Part shown: piece by piece, positions 31,447-40,475 of the stretch
Position numbering within the stretch: the first letter of the stretch is position 1
Layout: every line of letters begins with the position of its first letter
DNA from: Flammeovirgaceae bacterium
Lineage (GTDB): Bacteria; Bacteroidota; Bacteroidia; Cytophagales; Cyclobacteriaceae
DNA: 64,000 bases
Direction of reading: 5' to 3'
Assembly: GCA_015180985.1 (NCBI GenBank)
Contig: CP054185.1
Coordinates: 2,105,225 to 2,169,224, forward strand
The notes under the pieces: model-generated
What the model was told of the DNA's origin: nothing
The model's input: only the letters and a program-made list of their open reading frames with translations
Databases searched by the model: none
Made by a program: the position numbers and the translations under genes

Positions 31447-32109
31447 ATGGATGTCAGGATTGCGCCCGGTTGGAAATCAAGGTTATCGGATGAGTTTGTT
31501 CAACCGTATTTTCAGCAACTGGCTGCTTTTGTAAAATCCGAATATCAATTGGCAACGGTCTATCCGCCAGGTCGGCAGATTTTTAATGCTTTTGATGCCT
31601 GCAGTTTTGAGGATGTGAAGGTGGTTATTCTGGGGCAGGATCCGTACCATGGACCAGGGCAGGCAAACGGACTTTGTTTTTCGGTCACCGATCAGGTACG
31701 CATGCCGCCCTCGCTGGTAAATATTTTTAAAGAGATACAAACAGATTTAGGAAAGCCTTTTCCGGCCAGCGGAAACCTGGAGCGCTGGGCCCGACAAGGT
31801 GTGCTGCTGTTAAACGCAACCCTTACCGTACGGGCATCATCGCCCGGTTCACATCAGCATAAAGGCTGGGAAATTTTTACCGATGCGGTGATTAAACTTA
31901 TATCTGCTGAAAAAGAGAATGTGGTTTTTTTATTGTGGGGTGCGTATGCACAAAAAAAAGGAGAGGTGATTGACCGCTCCAAACACCTGGTGCTGATGGC
32001 ACCACATCCATCGCCCTTTTCGGCCGACCGGGGTTTTTTCGGGTGCCGGCATTTCAGCAAGACAAATGCTTATCTGAAAAGCAAAGGATTAAGGGAGATA
32101 GATTGGTAG
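31447..32109 (+). CDS. ung: Uracil-DNA glycosylase (family 1)
   Basis: GQDPYHGPGQANGLCFS and HPSPFS motifs. The ORF starts at 31417, but the ATG at 31447 fits the family. Confidence 0.95.
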   Translation: MDVRIAPGWKSRLSDEFVQPYFQQLAAFVKSEYQLATVYPPGRQIFNAFDACSFEDVKVVILGQDPYHGPGQANGLCFSVTDQVRMPPSLVNIFKEIQTDLGKPFPASGNLERWARQGVLLLNATLTVRASSPGSHQHKGWEIFTDAVIKLISAEKENVVFLLWGAYAQKKGEVIDRSKHLVLMAPHPSPFSADRGFFGCRHFSKTNAYLKSKGLREIDW

Positions 32110-32181
32110 TAAATCTTTTAAAAGCAGACGCTAAACCGATTAGGATATTACCTACATGAAGTGTCAGACAAAAAGCTGAGT

Positions 32182-33645
32182 CTACTCAATCATCTTAAAA
32201 AACCTGTTCCACCGTATTTTATGCAGTAGGCCGGCATTGGAGTCTATAGAAAGCCAGATGAAAAAGGCTTTACCCACTACGTGATCTTCCGGAACAAAAC
32301 CCCAGTACCGTGAGTCGAGCGAGTTGTGGCGGTTGTCACCCATCATAAAGTAATAGTTCTGCTTAAAGGTGTACTCGGTTACCTCTTTTCCATTGATGTA
32401 GAGTTTCTTGTCTTTGATTTCAGCATCGCTGTTGTGATCGTAATTGGCAATGATAAATCCGTACAAGGCCAGGGTAGAATCGTTGATGGCAATGGTAGTG
32501 CCCTTGGCGGGTATCCATAACGGCCCGAAGTTATCGAGCGTCCAGTTCAGGTTGTTTTTAAAACCCGCACCGAAGCCATAATATTCAGAGAACGGAAACA
32601 AACCAAAAATCTGATCCTGTTTTTCGCGCTCAACGCTTTTAATGTAAGGCAGCGCCTTTATTTCTTCGGCTTTTTCGGGCGTAATCCACATGATATACTC
32701 TACTGTATTTTCATCCGGCCGCCCGATGACGTTGTAATCTTCGGGGCCCAGGTTTAGTTTATCCAGGTTCCGTTCGTTAATGATGGCGGTGGCCTTAACG
32801 TGATAAGCCCATTGCGTTAACGGGTGGCTGGCCAACGGTTTATTGTTTACAAAAACCTGCGCATCTTTAACGGTCAGCGTCTCGCCAGCAGCTGCCACGC
32901 AGCGTTTGATGTAATTTGTTTTAATGTCAACCGGATAATCTTTCCCTTCATTAAGTTGTTTTGGCGGGATATTAAACACCACCACATCGCCACTTTTAAT
33001 GGTGGTAATTCCGGGCAGGCGGGTTTGGGGCAGTTGTATCCAGTCCAGGTACGAAGGGATGTTGGTAAACCAAATCTTCTGGTGTGTAAGCGGAATTTGC
33101 AGCGGGGTTTTCGGGGTACGGCTGCCGTAATGAAATTTACTTACGAAAAGAAAATCGCCAACCAAAAGCGAGTTTTCCATCGAGGGTGTTGGGATGGTAT
33201 AGGCCTCCATGATCAGGAAGCGGATTAGTGTAGCGGCCACTACAGCAAAAGCAATGGCCTCTGACCATTCAGCCAATGGTGACTTTTTGATTTGCGGCAG
33301 GTCGTTGAGTTTGCCCTGGTATTTTACTTTGTTATCGAATCCCAACCAAAGCAGGTAAAAGAATCCGGTAAAGATGATGAGTATCTGGCTCCACAGCGAG
33401 GGCTTGCCAAAGCAGCGGAGCATATCGAAGATGATAACATAATAAGCAAATACATTGACAACCGGTATGAGCAGGTAAATAAACCAGAGTTTCGGTTTGC
33501 CCACAATGTTGTGCATCAGCACATATTCAGAGTAAAAGGGTATCAGCGATTTCCATCCTTCAATACCGGCTTTTTCGAAAAGGCGCCAGTAGCCGATGGT
33601 AACACCCACACGGATAAGGATGAAGGTTAACAGGATTGCGTTCAC
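32182..33645 (-). CDS. lepB: Signal peptidase I with an N-terminal multi-TM extension
   Basis: The catalytic Ser box is PTPSMENSL. The Lys box/box E is GDNRHNSLDSRYWG. The first 115 aa or so resemble the small-membrane-protein family DUF5684 (FEKAGIEGWKSLIPFY). Confidence 0.9.
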   Translation of the reverse strand: MNAILLTFILIRVGVTIGYWRLFEKAGIEGWKSLIPFYSEYVLMHNIVGKPKLWFIYLLIPVVNVFAYYVIIFDMLRCFGKPSLWSQILIIFTGFFYLLWLGFDNKVKYQGKLNDLPQIKKSPLAEWSEAIAFAVVAATLIRFLIMEAYTIPTPSMENSLLVGDFLFVSKFHYGSRTPKTPLQIPLTHQKIWFTNIPSYLDWIQLPQTRLPGITTIKSGDVVVFNIPPKQLNEGKDYPVDIKTNYIKRCVAAAGETLTVKDAQVFVNNKPLASHPLTQWAYHVKATAIINERNLDKLNLGPEDYNVIGRPDENTVEYIMWITPEKAEEIKALPYIKSVEREKQDQIFGLFPFSEYYGFGAGFKNNLNWTLDNFGPLWIPAKGTTIAINDSTLALYGFIIANYDHNSDAEIKDKKLYINGKEVTEYTFKQNYYFMMGDNRHNSLDSRYWGFVPEDHVVGKAFFIWLSIDSNAGLLHKIRWNRFFKMIE

Positions 33646-33684
33646 GTCAGGTAAGTTTTAAAAAGTTGCAAATAAAGCGATTAT

Positions 33685-34392
33685 CTATAATTGTAAAAAG
33701 TCGCCCATCGTCAGTACGCCTTTCTTGCCGGGCAACCACTCCGCCACCGCCACGGCTCCCAGCGCAAAGCCTTCGCGCGAGTGGGCTTCGTGGCTGATTT
33801 TGATCGTGTCAACCGGGCATTGGTACTTAACCACATGCGTGCCGGGCACGTTGGCAATGCGGTGTGAAAGAATAGGTAGTTCATGTTGTTTACCAGGGGT
33901 GTGATTGACCCAGGTTGTTTTGGATGGGAGGTGTTTTATAATGCCTTCGGCCAGGGTAATGGCCGTTCCGCTGGGAGCATCTTTTTTTTCGGTATGGTGA
34001 GTTTCATCAATCTGAACCTCATATGAGTTATAGCCGGCCATTAACCGGGCCAGGTATTCATTCAGTTTAAAGAACATGTTCACACCTATGCTAAAGTTAG
34101 ACGCATAAAAGAAGGTACCATTACAGTCACGCGTTAACTTTTCGATGAGGCCTTTCTTATCAAGCCAGCCTGTGGTGCCGCAAACTATTGGAAGGTTATG
34201 CTGCAGGCACCAGGTAATATTTTCAACGGCAACCTCCGGGCTTGAAAATTCAATAGCTACATCGGCCACAACATGGCCGGGATTGTAACGGTTGCCTGAA
34301 GTAATGCGGTCAACGATCCGGTGTCCGCGCTTCATGGCCACCTGTTCAACGGCTTTACCCATTTTGCCGTAACCGAGCAGGAGAATATTCAT
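33685..34392 (-). CDS. dapB: 4-hydroxy-tetrahydrodipicolinate reductase
   Basis: NAD-binding GYGKMGK and the ETHHTEKKDAPSGTA motif. The ORF extends to 34452, but the ATG at 34392 fits. Confidence 0.94.
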   Translation of the reverse strand: MNILLLGYGKMGKAVEQVAMKRGHRIVDRITSGNRYNPGHVVADVAIEFSSPEVAVENITWCLQHNLPIVCGTTGWLDKKGLIEKLTRDCNGTFFYASNFSIGVNMFFKLNEYLARLMAGYNSYEVQIDETHHTEKKDAPSGTAITLAEGIIKHLPSKTTWVNHTPGKQHELPILSHRIANVPGTHVVKYQCPVDTIKISHEAHSREGFALGAVAVAEWLPGKKGVLTMGDFLQL

Positions 34393-34456
34393 AGTAAAAT
34401 TTAACTGATGTGATTGCTGCTGCAAGTAATTACATCCCAGGCCAACCTCCAAGGAG

Positions 34457-35020
34457 TCAGAAACGAATTACCAGAGAAAGTCCGGCTGTTGTGCCGGTGA
34501 GCAGGTTGTTTTCGGCTGTAGGCCTTATGCTCACCTGCAGGTTGGGGTTTACATCAAACTCTTTCAGGTGGGCGTCTACGTGGGCATCCACCATTTGCAA
34601 CAGGTATACCCCGGCCATCACGATAATCATAAAATCGCGCTCCCGCCTGTAACGGTCAACAATTGTGCGCAACTGGTTTTCCGTAAAACCACTTGGGCTT
34701 AGCGATACACCCGTATCAAGCACATAAAAGAGTTCGTTTTTATATTTCAGATAGCCTTCCTGGTAAAAGTTTATGGCATAGCCAGTAGCAAAAAGGCCTC
34801 CGTAAACTAATGGTAGTTTCCAATACTTTTTTGTGTATACCTGGCCGGCACCGGGTAATACGGCAGCATACAATAATGCTTTGCGCGGACTGTACCGGTC
34901 AGCATAGGATTTAATCAGCACAGTGTCTCTATTGGGCATAACCACGCGCACTGAATCCTTGTGCTGGGCGTATCCGCCAGAAAGGATCACGCAAAAGAAA
35001 ACGACCGGCAAAGTTTTCAT
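34457..35020 (-). CDS. DUF5683-domain protein
   Basis: Signal peptide and the LPGAGQVYTKKYWKLPLVYGG motif. The position after parB is the conserved one in Bacteroidota. Confidence 0.75.
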   Translation of the reverse strand: MKTLPVVFFCVILSGGYAQHKDSVRVVMPNRDTVLIKSYADRYSPRKALLYAAVLPGAGQVYTKKYWKLPLVYGGLFATGYAINFYQEGYLKYKNELFYVLDTGVSLSPSGFTENQLRTIVDRYRRERDFMIIVMAGVYLLQMVDAHVDAHLKEFDVNPNLQVSIRPTAENNLLTGTTAGLSLVIRF

Positions 35021-35047
35021 GTATAAGTATAAGCCTGCATACAACGG

Positions 35048-35944
35048 CTACTGGATTTTTAGAATGTCCAGAATCCGGTTCAGATCTTCAATGGACAGGA
35101 AGGGAATTTTTATTTCACCCTTTTTGCCATCGCTCTTTACAGCAACACGGGTGCCAAAGTGGGAGGAGAGCCGCGACTGCAGTTGGGCTATCTCACGGGT
35201 AGCCGGAGAAACCGTGGCGGCTTCGCGTTTTTCTGTTTTTTTTGAGCCTATTTCACGCACTAACTCTTCAACTTTTCTTACCGACAGATCATCGCTAAGA
35301 ATTTTATTGAAAATGAAGAGTTGAGTATCAGGGTTCTCAACATTAATTATTGCCCGGGCATGCCCCATGCTGATTTTATTGTCTCGAACAGCTATCTGTA
35401 TATCCGGGGGTAACTTCAGCAGCCGCAGGTAATTGGTAACCGTGGCCCGGTTTTTACCTACGCGGTCGCCCAGTTCTTCCTGTTTCAGGTTGCATTCTGA
35501 AATCAGGCGCTGGTAACTCAGGGCAATTTCAATGGCATTCAGGTTTTCGCGCTGGATGTTTTCAATCAGCGACATTTCCAGCATCTGCTGGTCATCGGCC
35601 AGCCGTACATAAGCGGGTATTGTTTTTAAGCCGGCCAGTTTTGAAGCCTGCAGTCTTCGTTCACCAGAAATAAGCTGATATTGATTGTGTGTCAGTCTGC
35701 GCACGGTAATCGGCTGAATGATGCCGTGTACTTTAATGGAGTCGGCCAGTTCGTTCAATGCGTCCTGATCGAAATGTGTGCGAGGCTGGAACGGGTTCAC
35801 TTCAATCTGCTCCACGGGGATTTCCAGGATTCCACCGGCAGGTGTATTATGTGCAACAGGCACATCCGTTTCCAGCCGGTCGTCCACATTGCTGTCGCTG
35901 AGCAGGGCGTTGAGCCCTCGGCCTAATGCTTTTTTTTTGGTCAT
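35048..35944 (-). CDS. parB: ParB/Spo0J chromosome-partitioning protein
   Basis: ParB box (QPITVR...ISGERRLQASKLAG), LIENIQRENLN, and an HTH. Confidence 0.95.
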   Translation of the reverse strand: MTKKKALGRGLNALLSDSNVDDRLETDVPVAHNTPAGGILEIPVEQIEVNPFQPRTHFDQDALNELADSIKVHGIIQPITVRRLTHNQYQLISGERRLQASKLAGLKTIPAYVRLADDQQMLEMSLIENIQRENLNAIEIALSYQRLISECNLKQEELGDRVGKNRATVTNYLRLLKLPPDIQIAVRDNKISMGHARAIINVENPDTQLFIFNKILSDDLSVRKVEELVREIGSKKTEKREAATVSPATREIAQLQSRLSSHFGTRVAVKSDGKKGEIKIPFLSIEDLNRILDILKIQ

Positions 35945-36717
35945 TTCGATAAGCCGTTTTTATCCAGAATTTCGTGGGCCAGGTTCAGGTAGCTGATGGC
36001 GCCTTTGCTTTCGGCATCGTGCACAATAACCGGAATACCAAAGCTGGGCGATTCGCTTAGTTTTACATTTCGCGGTATTATCGTGTTGAATGTCATCTTT
36101 TTAAAATGCGTTCGCACCTCTTCCACCACCTGGTTGCCCAGACTGGTACGCGAGTCGTATAACGTAAGCAATATTCCTTCAATTTCCAACTTCGGGTTAA
36201 GCCGTGTCTGAATAATCTTTATCGTATTCAATAGTTTGCCGAGTCCCTCCAGGGCAAAGTATTCACATTGCACGGGAATAATCACCGAATCGGCAGCAGT
36301 GAGGGCGTTGATGGTAATCAGCCCGAGCGAAGGAGAGCAGTCGATAACGATAAACTCGTAGTCGTTTTTAATTTTCTGCAACGCATCGCGCATTTTTTCT
36401 TCGCGGTGTTCAATACTTACCATTTCCACTTCGGCACCCACCAGATCAATGTGCGAAGGAAGTACATGCAGGTACTTAAGTGTTTCATTACCGATGATGG
36501 CTTCCTGCGGATTGGCTCCGTCAATCATGCATTCGTAAATACCGGTTTCTACTTCTTTCGGGTTGATGCCTAATCCGGATGTAGAGTTGGCTTGCGGATC
36601 GGCATCAACAAGCAGGGTTTTATGCTCTAGAACGGCCAGGCTGGCGGCCAGGTTAATGGCTGTAGTGGTTTTACCTACACCACCTTTTTGGTTGGCAATG
36701 GCGATAATTTTTCCCAT
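35941..36717 (-). CDS. parA: ParA/Soj partitioning ATPase
   Basis: Deviant Walker A is KGGVGKTT. It overlaps parB by 4 nt. Confidence 0.95.
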   Translation of the reverse strand: MGKIIAIANQKGGVGKTTTAINLAASLAVLEHKTLLVDADPQANSTSGLGINPKEVETGIYECMIDGANPQEAIIGNETLKYLHVLPSHIDLVGAEVEMVSIEHREEKMRDALQKIKNDYEFIVIDCSPSLGLITINALTAADSVIIPVQCEYFALEGLGKLLNTIKIIQTRLNPKLEIEGILLTLYDSRTSLGNQVVEEVRTHFKKMTFNTIIPRNVKLSESPSFGIPVIVHDAESKGAISYLNLAHEILDKNGLSK

Positions 36718-36730
36718 CTGGGTAAGGTTA

Positions 36731-36761
36731 AAAAATGAGTCCGGATGTTTTCAGCCGGACT
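36731..36761 (-). terminator. Terminator after yidC, abutting a candidate parA -7 box
   Basis: 7-bp stem 36738-36744/36755-36761 (agtccgg/ccggact), followed on the minus strand by caTTTTTT. TATATTTG (36763-36770, minus strand) lies directly upstream of the hairpin. Confidence 0.5.
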
Positions 36762-36838
36762 GCAAATATAGAGGAAGGTTATTGGGGCGTGGAACGCTGT
36801 GGAACGTATTTTTCCACATTCCATGCACAGCACAATGT

Positions 36839-38662
36839 TTATTTCTTTTTATTCTTTCGCTGTTCTTCCGATTTTTTTCGCGCCTCTTCGCTGGCCTTCA
36901 TCGCCTCTTCGAGTTTGGCCATAAACTTGGATTTCTTTCCGCCACCGGCAGCCAGGGTGCGTCTGTGCTCATCCATAATCCGTTTGATTTTATCCTCGTC
37001 TACAAACCGCCTGATGATGGCCTGCTGCCCAAAGGTGATGATGTTCGACATGAAGTAGTAGAAACTAAGGCCGGCCGGGAATGAATTAAGCACAAACAGA
37101 AACACCACCGGCATAATATACGACATGGATTTCATGGGGCCTGTTACTGACGAAACCTGGTTGTTTTGCCAGGTGATTACTAACGTTGAGATTGTCATTA
37201 GTAGCGTAAAGAGTGACACGTGATTACCGTACAGCGGAATGGTAAACGGCAGGTTGAGTACCGAATCGTAGGTGGACAAATCATCGGCCCAAAGAAACGA
37301 TTGCTGGCGCAGTTCAATACTGTTCGGAAACAGGTAAAACATTGCAAACAGAATGGGCATCTGCAACAAAATGGGTATGCAGCCGCTGATGGGGTTTACC
37401 CCGGCCTGCTGATACAGCTTAAGTTGCTCCTGCTGCACCTTAGTCATGTCATCGCCAAACTTGTCTTTAATTTCATCCAGTTCAGGCTTCAGCACTTTCA
37501 TTTTGGCCATGCTCAGGTATGATTTGTACGAGAGCGGCAGCAAGACAATGCGCAACAGGATGACCAGGATGATAATGATTAAACCAAAATTGTTAATGAC
37601 TTTGGTGAGAAAGTGGAAGACAGGGAAAATCACAAATTTGTTTATCCAATATACCGGAGGCCAGCCCAAGTACACGTTTTTGGCAAAATCGGGAGCCACC
37701 TTGCCGATGGTTTGGTAGTCGTTTGGACCAAAATAAAATGAATATGTGCCGCCTTTGCCAGCCAGATCTGTCAGGGGAATGAACACGCGAATATTGGCGC
37801 GTTTTACCACCGAGGTATCGGCTTCGTTCACGGCTGTTTCAATTTCTCCACCCGGAAAACCTTTGGGTGAAATAATCGAGCTGAGGAAAAATTTTTGCTT
37901 TAGCGTTACCCACTGCACATTCCCTGAAAAAGTTTCACTTTCGGTAGAGGTGGATCGGGGCGCAAGTTCATCCATGCTGCCGTTGTAGTGATAGGTGATG
38001 GTAGTGTTAATCCGGCTGTCGGCCAGGTCGCGCTCCAGCAACCGCAAAAAATTGTTCCATTGAAAGGTGAGGTGATCGGAAAGTTCGTTCTCCAGCCCTT
38101 CCGTTTTGATGGTGTATCCGATCTGATAGCCTCTGGCCGGGATGGAATACCGCTGCTCGAAGGAGGCATTTTCATTAAGGCGGATGGTAAAGGTGAGCAG
38201 GGTGGTATCGCCACGCGTGGTTTGGCTTGCCTGGTAATGCAATGCGTACAGATTTAGGTCGCCACCGAGGCGGTTGGCGATGAGTTGAAACGTATTGGAT
38301 CGCGGGTCAACTAATGTTAATGGCTTACCGGCATAGGTCTTATAGTTTTTTAATTCCAGTTCCCGAATAACACCGCCTTTGGTGGAGAAACTGATTTTCA
38401 GATCCTGTGTTTCGACCGGGATGAGGCGTTCTTCCCCGGAAAGAAACCCGGCCAACTTGCCGAATGAGGCGGATGTCGTGCTGTCGGGTTTGGATGGTTC
38501 CGGTGCCTGATTAGTTGAATCGGTTTCGGCAACAGGCTGTTTAGACATAGCCGGTTGCTCTGTTAGCGGTTCGGGCCGGGGAGCAAACCAGATAAAATAG
38601 CCCAGCAACACAACAGCAATAAGGGTAAGGCCGATAGCCTGATTTCTATCCATCGTAAACAA
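36839..38662 (-). CDS. yidC: Membrane protein insertase YidC
   Basis: Long Bacteroidota form with a large periplasmic P1 domain, a 60-kDa insertase core and a Lys-rich tail. An alternative start (MDRNQ) lies at 38653. Confidence 0.94.
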   Translation of the reverse strand: MFTMDRNQAIGLTLIAVVLLGYFIWFAPRPEPLTEQPAMSKQPVAETDSTNQAPEPSKPDSTTSASFGKLAGFLSGEERLIPVETQDLKISFSTKGGVIRELELKNYKTYAGKPLTLVDPRSNTFQLIANRLGGDLNLYALHYQASQTTRGDTTLLTFTIRLNENASFEQRYSIPARGYQIGYTIKTEGLENELSDHLTFQWNNFLRLLERDLADSRINTTITYHYNGSMDELAPRSTSTESETFSGNVQWVTLKQKFFLSSIISPKGFPGGEIETAVNEADTSVVKRANIRVFIPLTDLAGKGGTYSFYFGPNDYQTIGKVAPDFAKNVYLGWPPVYWINKFVIFPVFHFLTKVINNFGLIIIILVILLRIVLLPLSYKSYLSMAKMKVLKPELDEIKDKFGDDMTKVQQEQLKLYQQAGVNPISGCIPILLQMPILFAMFYLFPNSIELRQQSFLWADDLSTYDSVLNLPFTIPLYGNHVSLFTLLMTISTLVITWQNNQVSSVTGPMKSMSYIMPVVFLFVLNSFPAGLSFYYFMSNIITFGQQAIIRRFVDEDKIKRIMDEHRRTLAAGGGKKSKFMAKLEEAMKASEEARKKSEEQRKNKKK

Positions 38663-38669
38663 TTACAGG

Positions 38670-40286
38670 TTAAAGAAGTGATTTTTTATATTCAATGGCA
38701 GCGGCCACAAACTTAACAAAAAGCGGGTGCGGGTTCATTACGGTGCTGCGCAGTTCAGGATGATACTGTACACCAATGAACCACGGGTGATCTTTCAGTT
38801 CAACAACTTCCACCAGGTTCGATTCCGGATTGATGCCCACAGCCCGTAATCCAGCAGCTTCCAGCTGGTCTAAATATTTGTTATTGAATTCGTACCGGTG
38901 GCGGTGGCGCTCCATAATTGTTGTTTCGCCATAAATCGTTGCAGCTTTGCTTCCTTTCTTTAGCCGGCAAGCATAAGCCCCCAACCGCATGGTGCCGCCC
39001 TTGGCAGTAATTTTTTTCTGCTCTTCCATTAAATCGATTACCGGGTTTTTTGTTTTTGGGTTCAGTTCGGTTGAACTGGCCTCCAAACCCAGCACATGGC
39101 GGGCAAATTCAATAACAGCGCATTGCATGCCCAGGCAAATACCGAAAAACGGGATTTTATTTTCCCGCACATGCCGGATGGCCTCGATTTTTCCTTCCAT
39201 ACCGCGCTCGCCAAAACCGGGAGCCACTAAAACTCCATGTAATCCTTTTAATATTGAGTTAACACTTTCTTTATCCAGATCCTCAGAAGAAATCCATTTA
39301 ACATTTACCCGGCAATCGTTTTGCGCACCAGCATGCACAAACGCTTCGGCAATCGACTTGTAGGCATCGGGCAGGGTAACGTATTTACCCACCAGTCCGA
39401 TGGTAACTTCTTCAACCGGGTTTTTGAGTTTACCGAGGAAATCCTTCCAGTGCTCCAGGTCGGGCTCCGATTTGGACGTCATTTTTAATTTTGCCAGCAC
39501 CCGCTCATCCAGTTTCTCTTTGCGCATCAGGATGGGTACATCGTAAATCGTGTCGGCATCGATGGCTTCAATAACCGAGTTAAGGTGTACGTTACAGAAT
39601 AGCGCCAGTTTCTTCCGGATTTCAAGTGGCAGGGGCCGTTCGGTGCGGCATACCAGAATATCGGGTTGCACCCCCGAAGAGAGCAGTTCCTTAACCGAAT
39701 GTTGTGTGGGTTTGGTTTTTAGTTCACCGGCTGCCTTCAGGTAGGGGATGAGGGTGAGGTGAATGACCAGCGCATTGTTTGAGCCGATGTCCCACTTTAC
39801 CTGGCGCACGGCTTCAATAAAGGGCAGGGATTCGATATCGCCCACCGAGCCGCCAATCTCGGTGATGATAACATCGTACTTGCCGCTTTCGCCCAGCAAA
39901 AAGATGTTGCGCTTGATTTCATCGGTGATATGGGGAATGACCTGCACCGTTTTGCCGAGGTATTCGCCCTGGCGTTCTTTGGTGATGACATTATTATAAA
40001 TGCGCCCGGTGGTAATGTTGTTGGCCTGGCTGGTGGGTACATTTAAAAAGCGCTCATAGTGGCCCAGGTCCAGGTCGGTTTCAGCGCCATCGTTGGTCAC
40101 ATAGCACTCACCATGTTCGTAGGGGTTGAGGGTACCGGGGTCTATATTAATATAGGGATCAAACTTCTGGATGGTTACGTTGAACCCCCTGGATTGCAAT
40201 AACTTACCGAGTGAAGCGGAGATGATGCCTTTGCCGAGGCTTGAGGTTACTCCTCCCGTAACGAAAATGTATTTGGCGGTGGACAT
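38670..40286 (-). CDS. pyrG: CTP synthase
   Basis: [18 protein letters not shown]-terminus and a class I glutamine amidotransferase domain (GICLGMQ). Confidence 0.97.
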   Translation of the reverse strand: MSTAKYIFVTGGVTSSLGKGIISASLGKLLQSRGFNVTIQKFDPYINIDPGTLNPYEHGECYVTNDGAETDLDLGHYERFLNVPTSQANNITTGRIYNNVITKERQGEYLGKTVQVIPHITDEIKRNIFLLGESGKYDVIITEIGGSVGDIESLPFIEAVRQVKWDIGSNNALVIHLTLIPYLKAAGELKTKPTQHSVKELLSSGVQPDILVCRTERPLPLEIRKKLALFCNVHLNSVIEAIDADTIYDVPILMRKEKLDERVLAKLKMTSKSEPDLEHWKDFLGKLKNPVEEVTIGLVGKYVTLPDAYKSIAEAFVHAGAQNDCRVNVKWISSEDLDKESVNSILKGLHGVLVAPGFGERGMEGKIEAIRHVRENKIPFFGICLGMQCAVIEFARHVLGLEASSTELNPKTKNPVIDLMEEQKKITAKGGTMRLGAYACRLKKGSKAATIYGETTIMERHRHRYEFNNKYLDQLEAAGLRAVGINPESNLVEVVELKDHPWFIGVQYHPELRSTVMNPHPLFVKFVAAAIEYKKSLL

Positions 40287-40306
40287 GCAGCGGTTGTTAC
40301 GGGGTG

Positions 40307-40314
40307 CAAAGGTA
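40307..40314 (-). promoter_or_regulatory. -7 promoter box (TACCTTTG) for pyrG-yidC
   Basis: TAnnTTTG match 20 nt upstream of the pyrG ATG, within the recurring decamer tgcaaaggta. Confidence 0.5.
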
Positions 40315-40475
40315 ACGGAATACCGGGAATAAACTAACCCTTATCGGGTATACCTGCAAGTGGTGGTTACACCCTAAACGGGTACTGTATATAGAGGCTG
40401 ATTATAACCTCCATGTCTGCACGTTTGGCTGAAATCGATAGGTTGAGTATTTTAACGGAATTATAGCGAGTGTCA

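Noticed and set aside
36718-36838. oriC next to parAB/yidC, suggested by DnaA-box-like motifs
   Set aside because: The gap is only 121 bp. It has one 8/9 box and two weak ones, and no AT-rich unwinding element. The inverted repeat is explained equally well as a terminator or regulatory site. I kept it only as a low-interest regulatory note.
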